From a virus (lineage: Duplodnaviria; Caudoviricetes), in IMG/VR virus record IMGVR_UViG_3300014203_000012, positions 1-64,000 of that record: DNA of 64,000 nt, one strand, 5' to 3'. The position numbers were made by a program, and so were the translations under genes. The notes under the pieces are model-generated. The model was not told the origin of the DNA and did no database searches. It saw nothing but the letters and a program-made list of their open reading frames with translations. Below are positions 7,493 to 17,294 of this stretch, piece by piece. The first letter of the stretch is position 1, and the number at the start of each line of letters is the position of its first letter.

Positions 7493-8239
7493 ATGACTAG
7501 ACAAATTAAAAAAGAAGGCGTTATAAATCTAATAGTAATTATACTATTATTATTCACATTTGCGTTATCAATTGGTAGTTTTGGAAAAATCCAAACACTA
7601 AGTACTCGTATTATAACATTAGAAACCCTATTACAAGATAAACAAATTGCCGAAGATATATTAATAGAAAATAATAGAATATTGCAAGAAGAACAAGAAC
7701 GATTAAGACTTATTACTCAAGAACTTTTAGAGAAAGATCAAAGGAGAACAAGAAGTATCTCGAATTTACAATCTAGGGGATTTAGTAGATATAACGATAT
7801 CTCAGCAAATAAAGATTTGTCATCAGACGACATGAATAAAATTATTGATACTTGGGATAAACAGGTTAGTGGTGGAACACGCTTTAAAGGTCATGGGGAC
7901 GCATTTATTGCAGCATCGAAAGAAAGCGGATTAAATCCGATTATTATATTAAGCCATGCGGCAGCAGAATCGCAATGGGGAAATTCTCAAATAGCTAGAG
8001 AAAAGAATAATTTCTTTGGTATTAATTGTATAGACAGTAATCCTGGTGCAGGATATGCTATGGGTAATGACATAGACTCCGGTATTATATCTGGGGCTAT
8101 TTGGATAAAAAATAATTTTTATAATAATGGACATACAACTCTTCAGGCAATGCTAGATGCGAATTATGCATCTGATGGACAATGGGCTCGCACTATAGAA
8201 AGTATTGCCAATTCTTCTATAAGAATATTACGAACTTAA
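7493..8239 (+). CDS. Membrane-anchored glucosaminidase (GH73-type peptidoglycan hydrolase)
   Basis: N-terminal TM helix, coiled coil, HAAAESQWG, NNFFGI, YASD motifs. Confidence 0.8.
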   Translation: MTRQIKKEGVINLIVIILLLFTFALSIGSFGKIQTLSTRIITLETLLQDKQIAEDILIENNRILQEEQERLRLITQELLEKDQRRTRSISNLQSRGFSRYNDISANKDLSSDDMNKIIDTWDKQVSGGTRFKGHGDAFIAASKESGLNPIIILSHAAAESQWGNSQIAREKNNFFGINCIDSNPGAGYAMGNDIDSGIISGAIWIKNNFYNNGHTTLQAMLDANYASDGQWARTIESIANSSIRILRT

Positions 8240-8289
8240 TACATATAGAGGGGATAAATCCCCCTCTTTTTATTTTTTATTTCTTAGTT

Positions 8290-8301
8290 GACTTATAAGT
8301 A
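8290..8301 (+). promoter_or_regulatory. Late-type promoter, ACT variant
   Basis: GACT-tataag-TA. Confidence 0.45.
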
Positions 8302-8360
8302 ATGTAATTGGGTCCAACCCAATATAATTATAGACTTTATAAGAGAAGGAGTAGATAAAA

Positions 8361-9518
8361 ATGTTACAAGCAAAAGTTATTGGGATAGGGGCGGCTGGTA
8401 ATAAAGCTGCGATTAAATTAATTGAACGGGGTATTATGCAGACTAATGATGTGCTGTTATTAAATAGCACATTAAAAGACGTGCCTGCAGCGTATAAAGA
8501 ATACGCAATCGAATTCAAAGGTGCGACAAAAGGTTGTGCTAAAGAAAGAAATCTTGCTAATCAAATGGTAATGGATAATCTTAGAAATGGGGATATTACA
8601 CTTGACGGGTTCTTAGCTCCAGAAGATAAGATGGTCATCATTGTAAACAGTTCTGAAGGTGGAACTGGTTGCGGTGCAAGTACTGTAATTGCACAATATT
8701 TCGAACAAGTTTTGGATATACCAGTGCATATGTTTGTATTTGGTGGCTTTGAAGAAGATGCTCGCGGATTAAAAAATACAGTTGAGTATTTCAGAGATCT
8801 TTCTCCGAAATACGTGGTTCAAGCTATTTCTAATAAAAAATTCTTATCGGAATGCAATGGAAATAAAATCAAAGCAGAACAAGCAGCTAATGAAGAATTT
8901 GCTGCACGAATTGCTATTCTTCTCGGTAAAGGAATTGTAGAATCTGAAAATAATATGGATGATACAGATTTAATGAAGCTCACAACAATTCCTGGATATA
9001 TGACCATTGAACATGGTACCCTTGACAAGCTTAAAAATGTAGAAGCATTTGACAAAGCTGTAATTTCTATTATTGATAAAACTCGGTCTTACGATTTCGA
9101 TCCTACTTGCAGAGGGGTTGGCGTAATCCTTAATATCCATGAAAAAACAAAAGACTCTATCGACTATCTATTTAGAGTAATTAAAGAAAAATTTGGTGCT
9201 CCATTTGACATATTCTTTCATCTGCAAGATATACATGAGGAAGAATATATTCAAATTATTGTTGCCGGATTGAAAATGCCTACTGCTGATATTCAAGAGG
9301 TATATGATGAATATATTGCTAGAATGAATAAAGTAGACAAATCGAAAGATAACTTCTTTGGAATGAACTTTGATACAACTTCGAATGAATTCGATATGGG
9401 GGCCAAAACAACATCCGCTGCTAAGATCCAAGAAAATAAAGCAAATTTCTTTGGAAGTACTAGTGTACAAGTTAAAGGCGGAAAATTCCAAAACACTAAA
9501 CTTCGTGAAGATTTTTAA
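8361..9518 (+). CDS. FtsZ/tubulin-family GTPase (PhuZ/TubZ-like)
   Basis: KVIGIGAAGNK, signature EGGTGCG, T7-loop-like NMDDTD. Confidence 0.9.
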   Translation: MLQAKVIGIGAAGNKAAIKLIERGIMQTNDVLLLNSTLKDVPAAYKEYAIEFKGATKGCAKERNLANQMVMDNLRNGDITLDGFLAPEDKMVIIVNSSEGGTGCGASTVIAQYFEQVLDIPVHMFVFGGFEEDARGLKNTVEYFRDLSPKYVVQAISNKKFLSECNGNKIKAEQAANEEFAARIAILLGKGIVESENNMDDTDLMKLTTIPGYMTIEHGTLDKLKNVEAFDKAVISIIDKTRSYDFDPTCRGVGVILNIHEKTKDSIDYLFRVIKEKFGAPFDIFFHLQDIHEEEYIQIIVAGLKMPTADIQEVYDEYIARMNKVDKSKDNFFGMNFDTTSNEFDMGAKTTSAAKIQENKANFFGSTSVQVKGGKFQNTKLREDF

Positions 9519-9532
9519 TAGGGGGTAATCTA

Positions 9533-9700
9533 ATGCTTCATGCTGATAATTTGACGGAAACAAGTCTAGCCATAGATGGGAAATGGGTGGTGGCTAGACC
9601 ATTACCCTTTTTTGGTATATACGGAATGATAATGAGGGTGAAAGATGCATATGTAGTATTAACTGGAAAGGCAGATGCAGTAAAATTCTACAAGCAGTAA
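9533..9700 (+). CDS. Small phage protein (55 aa, GKWVVARPL...VLTGKADA)
   Basis: GGGGGT RBS; manually translated ORF filling the gap in the tubulin operon. Confidence 0.65.
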   Translation: MLHADNLTETSLAIDGKWVVARPLPFFGIYGMIMRVKDAYVVLTGKADAVKFYKQ

Positions 9701-9715
9701 TAGGAGGGGAACGCA

Positions 9716-10612
9716 ATGTTTGAGAAGTTCATTGCAAATATAAAAAATAAATCTAAGGTTGAACAAGAAAGGAATGTCGGCATAGATCTTCAACGTATAG
9801 TAGTCGGTCAAGCTGGAGCTTTATTGATTAAGCTGAAAAATATAGATGCAATGAGCGAGAAAGAAACTTATGAGGTTCTTAAGGATTCATACTCGCATAT
9901 TCTAGCAGATATATTTGATTGTAATAATAAAGAGTATAAATTCCTATTGGCATCTCCCAAGTTTCTGACTATCTTAACACAAGTAATTAATGAGTCTCCA
10001 ATTACTCACGATGAATGTGTTCATTGCAATAGGTTTATCTACGACTATATTGTATATGCCCGTCAAGATGAATATGTTAGGAAACTTCTATTCATGCTTG
10101 GAGAGGCAGTAAACAAAACTGTTACTAGAAAACTACTTGGTTGTGGAGTTGATGAGGAACTAGCTATATTCTTAGCAGTTGCAGTTAAATCCACATTCAA
10201 AGAAGAAGTAAATATTAAAAGATTAAACTTCACTCTAGCAACATCAAATCCTGGGTTTATGACAGTGCAGAAGATAATCGAAATATATGAAGCACTGTTT
10301 ACCAGAATTGGGTTCTTATTCACCACGACGATGTTTGATACTAGCATATCTAATACAGAAGATATATGGGTGACTAAAGAAGTATTAGATGCGAATGATA
10401 ATATCACATCAGCAAATTTATATATCCTTGAGAGTATGGAGCCAATTGAAATTACTAGAGTATTGTTGCTTTATTCAGAAGAGTTTAAGATGGTATACCG
10501 ATCTGAATATAAATCCACCAGATGCTCATTGCATACTTTAACTCCTCCGAATTTCATTAAAACCTCAATAATTGTTAAACAACTAGAAGGGGATGACATC
10601 GTACTTCCTTAA
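9716..10612 (+). CDS. Alpha-helical hypothetical protein co-transcribed with tubulin
   Basis: GGAGG RBS; ORF track. Confidence 0.7.
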   Translation: MFEKFIANIKNKSKVEQERNVGIDLQRIVVGQAGALLIKLKNIDAMSEKETYEVLKDSYSHILADIFDCNNKEYKFLLASPKFLTILTQVINESPITHDECVHCNRFIYDYIVYARQDEYVRKLLFMLGEAVNKTVTRKLLGCGVDEELAIFLAVAVKSTFKEEVNIKRLNFTLATSNPGFMTVQKIIEIYEALFTRIGFLFTTTMFDTSISNTEDIWVTKEVLDANDNITSANLYILESMEPIEITRVLLLYSEEFKMVYRSEYKSTRCSLHTLTPPNFIKTSIIVKQLEGDDIVLP

Positions 10613-10615
10613 TAC

Positions 10616-10640
10616 ATAAGAGAGGCAATGCCTCTCTTAT
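10616..10640 (+). terminator. Hairpin terminator, GCA-A-TGC apex
   Basis: ATAAGAGAGGCA-a-TGCCTCTCTTAT then T-rich. Confidence 0.75.
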
Positions 10641-10659
10641 ATCTTTTTATTTTTTCATA

Positions 10660-10671
10660 AACTTATGATTA
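10660..10671 (+). promoter_or_regulatory. Late-type promoter, ACT variant
   Basis: AACT-tatgat-TA. Confidence 0.45.
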
Positions 10672-10695
10672 AAAGGTTTAAGGAGGAATATATCG

Positions 10696-10917
10696 ATGTA
10701 TAACACACTCGATAATAAAAAGGAAAAAAATGTACTTTTATTGTTAAAAGGAAAAACAATCGAAGACGTTGAAAAACTTTCAGATGGCAAAATGGTTATA
10801 ATATTCAAAGAATTTGGGACTCCAATGCTAACTTTATCCGCTATTATGCGTACCAAAGAGAAATCTTCTATTGATATAGAATACACGTTTCCATCTGATG
10901 GTAGTATAACAATTTAA
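10696..10917 (+). CDS. Hypothetical protein
   Basis: AGGAGG RBS. Confidence 0.65.
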   Translation: MYNTLDNKKEKNVLLLLKGKTIEDVEKLSDGKMVIIFKEFGTPMLTLSAIMRTKEKSSIDIEYTFPSDGSITI

Positions 10918-10932
10918 AATGGAGGGGCCAGT

Positions 10933-12240
10933 ATGTCATTATTAGCATATAATTTTAGGAAAACTGTATCTAAAGACAAAGATTATCGAATGAAGAAAGA
11001 AGCAACTTGTGAAGTAGGATATTCCACTGGATTTTTAAATTTTGACTTTACAAATGGTAGTGTTATCCATGTAAAATCTGAAGAAAAGAATTTGGACTTT
11101 AACTATTATTCGGTTGGTTTAACAGATGGTAGCATATGTACATTTATAGGACGGTCATCTTCAGGTAAAACAACCCTTGTCGCTCAAATGTCGGCTAATA
11201 TAGTTAGACCATTTAAAACTGCATGTATATTTGAAGACTCTGTTGAAGTTGGATTAACTTGGTCTAGACGTGAAAACCTAAGCGGATTTCATGATGTAGA
11301 ATTACATAACAGATATATTGTTAGAAATGAAGGCGTTACTGCTGAGAATTTCTACAAACGTGTTAAAATGATCCATGATATGAAAATAGCAGATCCTGAT
11401 AAATATACATATAATACTGGAATGCTTGATAATTTTGGCGAGCCATTATTCAAATTAGAACCAACTGTATATATACTGGATTCATTAGCTATGCTAATGC
11501 CAGAAAATCTTACAACTGGTGAAGAGGCTGCCGGAAATATGGCAGGGGCTCAAGCAGCAAAAGTTATTACCGGAATATTTAGAACAATTGTACCTATGCT
11601 GAAGAGTGCTAATATTATACTTATGACAATCAATCATATATTAGACGACCCAGGTGCGGCTATGGCTAAAAAGAAATCATCTGTTGCGTATTTAAAACAA
11701 GGTGAAACTTTGCCTAGAGGCAAGACAATCATATATGTATCTAATACTATGATTCGGGTAGATGATATTAGTAAACTAAAAGATACAGAAAAATATAAAT
11801 TCCTAGGTTCTATAGTAGAATTAACCTTAGTCAAATCAAGAACTGGTGGGAATAAAAAGACATCTATGGTATTCAGCCAAGATAAAGGGTTTGATCCCAT
11901 TATGTCGCTATATTTGTTCTTATCCGAGCACGGCAGAGTAAACGGTGCAGGTGTAGGAATGTATCTTGATACCCATAATGAATTTAAATTCTCTATGGCT
12001 AATTTAAAGGATAAGTTCATCAAGAACCCTGCGTTCCAACAACTATTTATGAAAATTGCGCAGGAAGAATTATGCAAACTTCCAAAATTAATCTTTACCG
12101 ATGCTGAAAAAGATTATGCTGTGTCTAATAATATATTGGATATGTGCCTGCAGGTACGTCCTAAAATGGAAGATATATTAACGGATGACAGTATCGAAGA
12201 GTTGCAAATCGATTCGACCCTAGATGATGAGGATGAATAA
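10933..12240 (+). CDS. RecA/UvsX-like recombinase
   Basis: STGFLNFD, Walker A GRSSSGKTT, Walker B YILDSLA, INH; acidic tail. Confidence 0.85.
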   Translation: MSLLAYNFRKTVSKDKDYRMKKEATCEVGYSTGFLNFDFTNGSVIHVKSEEKNLDFNYYSVGLTDGSICTFIGRSSSGKTTLVAQMSANIVRPFKTACIFEDSVEVGLTWSRRENLSGFHDVELHNRYIVRNEGVTAENFYKRVKMIHDMKIADPDKYTYNTGMLDNFGEPLFKLEPTVYILDSLAMLMPENLTTGEEAAGNMAGAQAAKVITGIFRTIVPMLKSANIILMTINHILDDPGAAMAKKKSSVAYLKQGETLPRGKTIIYVSNTMIRVDDISKLKDTEKYKFLGSIVELTLVKSRTGGNKKTSMVFSQDKGFDPIMSLYLFLSEHGRVNGAGVGMYLDTHNEFKFSMANLKDKFIKNPAFQQLFMKIAQEELCKLPKLIFTDAEKDYAVSNNILDMCLQVRPKMEDILTDDSIEELQIDSTLDDEDE

Positions 12241-12298
12241 AGCCATAATCAGATAGAGCTTAGCTCTATCTGATCTAATATAAATATCCTTTGAGATA

Positions 12299-12314
12299 TA
12301 TATTATATAGATGA
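12299..12314 (+). promoter_or_regulatory. Early-type promoter (nvRNAP beta-C)
   Basis: TATATTAT-ataga-TGA. Confidence 0.75.
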
Positions 12315-12346
12315 AGCTAAATTAGTTATATAAGGGGGAAAGCTTA

Positions 12347-14767
12347 ATGGCGTCAAATCTAAACATAAAAGACACAACAGACGAAATTCAAGCGAGATTA
12401 CCTAGCCAAGAATATGCGCTAGGGAAAGGGTTATTGCAACCATTTAACAATACCAACTCTGGTAGTCGTAAGATTATGCAGGGAATTCAGAAAGAGCAAG
12501 GTATGCAGCTGGAACATACAGAACCGGCTATAATCATGACAGGCTCTGAAAATCAATTTGGGGAATTATCATCCTCATTCATTAGGGCAGAAGCTAATTA
12601 TATTGTAATTGATAAGATTCCAAAATACAGCGGAAATGATAGTATCAATTATTCCAATTATTGGTTAATACTATTGGATTCCGAAAATGGTATGCTACAT
12701 GGCATAGAAAGGACAGATTATAGACACATTACAGAAAGCTATGGTTATAAATTTGATAATTCGTACATGGACGATCTCAACACTGGAGACCTCGTTCCTA
12801 GAGGAACACCAGTAAAGAAGAGTGCATCTTTTGATAAAGCAAATAATAAATGCGATGGCATTAATCTAACTACAGTGTATATGGCAACAGCACTAACAAC
12901 AGAAGATCCTATTGTTATTTCTGAATCTGCCGCGAAGAAATTTGCCGCTCCATTGTTCGCTAAAATACAGTCTATTGTAAATGACAATGATATTTTACTG
13001 AATCTGTATGGAGATAATGACAATTATAAAACATTTCCGGATATTGGGGAGAACGTTAAAAATGGAATACTTTGCGGTGTTCGTAGAGAACGCAAAGATG
13101 ACGAAGCGTTATACTCTCAAAGCTGGGAGAGACTAAAAGACATCATGATATCTGATGAAAGATATACAGTAGAAGGTAAAGTAATCGATATCAGTGTATA
13201 CTGCAACAACCCAGAGAAGTTGCAGAATTCTATCTATAACAAACAGATAGCTAAGTATTACAATATGAATCAGGAGTTTTGTGCTAAGCTTATAGCATCA
13301 GTACAGCCTATTTTAGATACTGGTGTAAAGATGACTTATGATCTACAAAAAATATACTGCACCTGTAAAGATGTAGTAGAAGGTAAGCAATATATCAATG
13401 ACCAAAAAGTCTTTAACAATATCGTTATGGAAATAGTTGTTATGGACATAATTCCACTTATCGCAGGAGATAAGATCACGGATAGATACGGCGGAAAGGG
13501 AGTTGTATCTAGAATACAACCAGACGCTCTTATGCCTAAAGTAAAATTAAGAAATGGATGGGAGCCGGTTGAAGCGCAATATAATAGTTGCACAGTTGTC
13601 AATCGTGAAAATCCAGGACAGTTATTTGAAACATCTGTAACATTTGTCGGCGAGAAGATTCTTGAAAGGATTGCCGATGGTACCAATACAATGAAACTAA
13701 TAGAAGCCGAAGATATGATATATAGATATATGAAATGTATATCTATAACACAATCTGATTATTATAAAGAAATTATAGCCAGTATGAGTGAAACTGATAG
13801 AATTAGTTTTGTAAATTCAATGCTATGCGATGGGGCTATTTATATGAGCATTAAGCCTATATCTGAAAGTATGTGTTTAGATAAGCTTAGGGCGCTATAT
13901 GCAGAATTCCCATGGATCGAATTATCCGAAATGCTTGTTCCTATACTTGACTCCAATAATAATTGGAGATATGTAGTAGCAAGACGTAGATTAGTAACTG
14001 GTAAGAAATATATTTACCGGTTGAAACAATTTGCTGAAGAGAAGTTCAGCGCAGTTTCTCTAGCTTCTACAAATATTAGAAGTGAGAATACCAAATCTAA
14101 AATGAATAAATTACATAAGACCGTTCACGCATCTACTCCAGTAAGATTCGGGGAAATGGAACTTGAAGATCTTATGCATACCGCAGTAGAGAACGTAATA
14201 CAAGTTATTATGTTGCTCTCAACTTCACCGTTAGCAAGACGGTTACATCAACAACTTCTAACTGGTAATCCATTTGATATTGATATCAAATTGGATAAAG
14301 ATTCAGTTAGTAGAAGTGTGGAAATAGTCAATGCTTATCTTAAGACAGCAGGTCTTAGATTAAAATTTGATAAAATTCCTAAGAAGAAAAATAATACAGC
14401 GTTAAGGAATATAGCAACACGAGTTCCTGGAGCTGTAGGATTAACTGATATCATTGATAGAGTCCCTGGATTCATAGAATCTATTGATTCTCTCAAAGCT
14501 TTGGTTGCGAAGAACAACCAAATAATTGGAAAGCCCCTCAATATTGCGTTTAGAGTACCAGACCATATCAAAACGCAAGATGGGGCAAACTTATATATTA
14601 AAGACAAAGAATTGTCTGAAGGTATTAGTGCTGTTATCGATCTAGTAGATTTCGAGGTCAAAACCGAAAAAGAACTAGAACATCGTATAGTTAATATAAG
14701 CACAACTGCTAAGAATCTAAATGTAGTGAATAGATGGGTAGCAGAAAGACTTCCAAATAACTTTTAA
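12347..14767 (+). CDS. Non-virion RNA polymerase beta subunit, C-terminal part
   Basis: TTED, GDKITDRYGGKGVVS, RENPGQ, PVRFGEME conserved beta motifs; early promoter. Confidence 0.9.
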   Translation: MASNLNIKDTTDEIQARLPSQEYALGKGLLQPFNNTNSGSRKIMQGIQKEQGMQLEHTEPAIIMTGSENQFGELSSSFIRAEANYIVIDKIPKYSGNDSINYSNYWLILLDSENGMLHGIERTDYRHITESYGYKFDNSYMDDLNTGDLVPRGTPVKKSASFDKANNKCDGINLTTVYMATALTTEDPIVISESAAKKFAAPLFAKIQSIVNDNDILLNLYGDNDNYKTFPDIGENVKNGILCGVRRERKDDEALYSQSWERLKDIMISDERYTVEGKVIDISVYCNNPEKLQNSIYNKQIAKYYNMNQEFCAKLIASVQPILDTGVKMTYDLQKIYCTCKDVVEGKQYINDQKVFNNIVMEIVVMDIIPLIAGDKITDRYGGKGVVSRIQPDALMPKVKLRNGWEPVEAQYNSCTVVNRENPGQLFETSVTFVGEKILERIADGTNTMKLIEAEDMIYRYMKCISITQSDYYKEIIASMSETDRISFVNSMLCDGAIYMSIKPISESMCLDKLRALYAEFPWIELSEMLVPILDSNNNWRYVVARRRLVTGKKYIYRLKQFAEEKFSAVSLASTNIRSENTKSKMNKLHKTVHASTPVRFGEMELEDLMHTAVENVIQVIMLLSTSPLARRLHQQLLTGNPFDIDIKLDKDSVSRSVEIVNAYLKTAGLRLKFDKIPKKKNNTALRNIATRVPGAVGLTDIIDRVPGFIESIDSLKALVAKNNQIIGKPLNIAFRVPDHIKTQDGANLYIKDKELSEGISAVIDLVDFEVKTEKELEHRIVNISTTAKNLNVVNRWVAERLPNNF

Positions 14768-14829
14768 ATACTAATATAAGAAGAGTATAGGAAACTATGC
14801 TCTTCTATACTATTTTGAAAGGAGTATAT

Positions 14830-17163
14830 ATGGAATATTATATGAGTACAGTGAAAGACGTATTAAAATCTGTACGAAAAGGAGAACTAGATCTTCTTAA
14901 TACATTAACTATCGTTAATATTAACAAAAATGCTAGGATTTTTCTAGAGCATGATCCAGAAGTTAAGAGTGAATTAGAAATGATGCGAGATATACTGGAG
15001 ATCTCGAATATACTTTATAATAATACTGATAGGGAAATGCTTCCATTAGAAGATGGGGTGTATGATCTTCTTGTTGTAAAGTATAATAATCTAACAGGGG
15101 GCAAAGCTCCAGTTGGTGCTCCACCAATACAATTTAATCAAGTATATCAGTCTAATTTATTAGAGAAACATAAAGCTGGTGATGGACCAATTCAAGCTGT
15201 AGTTAGAGTTAAGAATAAAGATGATATGTTATTCTTTAATGCATTAACGGCTAATTCTAAACCTATACCTTCCGATTTTGAGCATACTGTGAATAATACT
15301 CTAATCGGAAGGAGAATATCTAATGTAGCGCATACGTATCCAGAACTAGTTGGTACGTTAGATAAATGCAAGTTTGTACTAAATGCGCAAGCTGGAGAAC
15401 GTGGTCTTCTAACTGGAGACGGTGCTGATACGGTCATGGTCTTTGAAAGAGATTTTCTTGGGTATTATTATGGAAATGGTATCGATGCCAATGAACTTAT
15501 AGCTGAAATAAAATACGATGGAGTTTCAGTTGAAGCAGAAGTTGATGGCGATACTATTATTTCTGCTAGAAGTAGAGGGGATACCAATAATAATGAGGCA
15601 ACTGATTTGACTCCTATCTTTGGAGGATATGTGTTTAAACGGGCTACTGGCTATGTTCCTAAAGGTACGATCTTTGGAATAAAGTTTGAAGCTATAGTTA
15701 CCTATTATAATATCGATCAATTAAAAAGTAGATATGGTAAATCATATGCGAATGCTAGAAATGCAGTTATCGGATTGACTAGTTCTTTGGATGCTAGAAA
15801 GTTTAGAGATTTTATCACTCTTGTCCCATTAGCATGTTCACCAAAAACCAGTTTAGGTATTCCAAATAGAGAGGTAGAAATAAAGTTCCTAAACAAATAT
15901 TATTCTTCTGGAATTGATTTGCGATATGAAGTATTACGTGGTGATTATACCACTCTACTATTCTTAGTAAAAAGATTTGTAGAAGAGGCTGAATATATGA
16001 GATCATTTCTGCCATTCATGTATGATGGTGTGGTGGTATCATATACCGATCCAGCTATTGTCCAAAGATTAGGTAGGTTCAATTCTGTCAATAAATATAG
16101 TATCGCCATAAAGTTTAATGCTTTAAAGAAGCAAACAATCTTTACAGGCTATACCTATTCTATAGGACAGAACGGATTAGTAACTCCAAAGGCGAACTTC
16201 AATCCAGTTGAGTTTATGGGAGGAATCCATGATAATACAACTGCCCATTCTCTTAATAGGGTTAATAAGTTAGCTTTAAGAGTTGGGGATATTGTAGATA
16301 TTGAACTGGTTAATGATGTTATTTGCTATATAACAAAACCGCAAAATATCCATAACGACAATAACCTTAATCCAATTTTACAATTTCCAGAAATGTGTCC
16401 ATCATGCGGAGAATCAATTTATGCATCAGATAGTGGCAACTCTGCATATTGTATAAACTTTGAGTGTCCAGAAAGAAATGTTAAACGAATGTCAAATATG
16501 ATGAAGAAGCTAAATATAAAAGATTTCTCAACCCAAGCAGTAAGGCTATTAGGTATTTATAGTTTAGCTGATCTTCTAGACGTTACTAAAAATACAGCAT
16601 GTGAAATATTTGGTGATGTTGTAGGGGCTAAGCTTATGGATAGAATAGACCAAATTAAATTTTCAAACTATCCTGACTATAGAATAATAGGAGCGATAGG
16701 ATTTAGTTCTATTGCCGCCGAAAAATGGAAACGGATAATGAGTAATATTTCATTAGATACTTTGATAAATACACCAAGTAATAAATTGAAAGGGTTGCTT
16801 GGGTGTATCAAAGGTATTGGGCCCGCTGCAGTTGAGACGGTATTGTTTGAACGACCTATGTTTAAGAAAGATCTAATCGCTATATTTAATATGCCAAATG
16901 TTGTACACACGTTTGGGGATGTCTCAGTTAAACAGAGTGTACGGTTTACTGGCATACGAGATGAGGCATTAGCAAAAGAGTTTGAAAAGTTAGGGTTTGA
17001 TGCAGATGGTGAAAAATCTGTTACCAAACAAACAACTATTCTTATTGTCCCGTACCAAGGATTCCATTCTAGTAAGATGAATAAGATTAGCCCAACGTGT
17101 ATGGTGTTACCATTAGAATTAGCTTGGCAGCATATTAAGAATGGGACAATAGGCACATTCTGA
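14830..17163 (+). CDS. ligA: NAD-dependent DNA ligase
   Basis: EIKYDG adenylation motif, SRGD, NARN, DGVV, AIKF, CPSCG Zn finger, HhH, BRCT-like C-terminus. Confidence 0.92.
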   Translation: MEYYMSTVKDVLKSVRKGELDLLNTLTIVNINKNARIFLEHDPEVKSELEMMRDILEISNILYNNTDREMLPLEDGVYDLLVVKYNNLTGGKAPVGAPPIQFNQVYQSNLLEKHKAGDGPIQAVVRVKNKDDMLFFNALTANSKPIPSDFEHTVNNTLIGRRISNVAHTYPELVGTLDKCKFVLNAQAGERGLLTGDGADTVMVFERDFLGYYYGNGIDANELIAEIKYDGVSVEAEVDGDTIISARSRGDTNNNEATDLTPIFGGYVFKRATGYVPKGTIFGIKFEAIVTYYNIDQLKSRYGKSYANARNAVIGLTSSLDARKFRDFITLVPLACSPKTSLGIPNREVEIKFLNKYYSSGIDLRYEVLRGDYTTLLFLVKRFVEEAEYMRSFLPFMYDGVVVSYTDPAIVQRLGRFNSVNKYSIAIKFNALKKQTIFTGYTYSIGQNGLVTPKANFNPVEFMGGIHDNTTAHSLNRVNKLALRVGDIVDIELVNDVICYITKPQNIHNDNNLNPILQFPEMCPSCGESIYASDSGNSAYCINFECPERNVKRMSNMMKKLNIKDFSTQAVRLLGIYSLADLLDVTKNTACEIFGDVVGAKLMDRIDQIKFSNYPDYRIIGAIGFSSIAAEKWKRIMSNISLDTLINTPSNKLKGLLGCIKGIGPAAVETVLFERPMFKKDLIAIFNMPNVVHTFGDVSVKQSVRFTGIRDEALAKEFEKLGFDADGEKSVTKQTTILIVPYQGFHSSKMNKISPTCMVLPLELAWQHIKNGTIGTF

Positions 17164-17219
17164 AAATAGTGCCGAGCCATAAATTAAAGTTTAAAAGTAG
17201 CTAAACTAAAATATAATCA

Positions 17220-17235
17220 TATATTATATAAGTGC
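17220..17235 (+). promoter_or_regulatory. Early-type promoter (operon with nvRNAP beta-N)
   Basis: TATATTAT-ataag-TGC followed by GCTAGAGAG/CTCTCTAGC hairpin. Confidence 0.7.
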
Positions 17236-17294
17236 TAGAGAGTTCTAATATAGTTCTCTCTAGCCAAATCAAAAAATAAAGGGGATATTACAAC

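Noticed and set aside
8288-8320. Host sigmaA promoter from TTGACT (also 23870)
   Set aside because: No -10 hexamer at 16-18 bp spacing; better explained as RACT-N6-TA.
8240-8360. tubC-like centromere iterons near the tubulin gene
   Set aside because: No direct-repeat array is visible.
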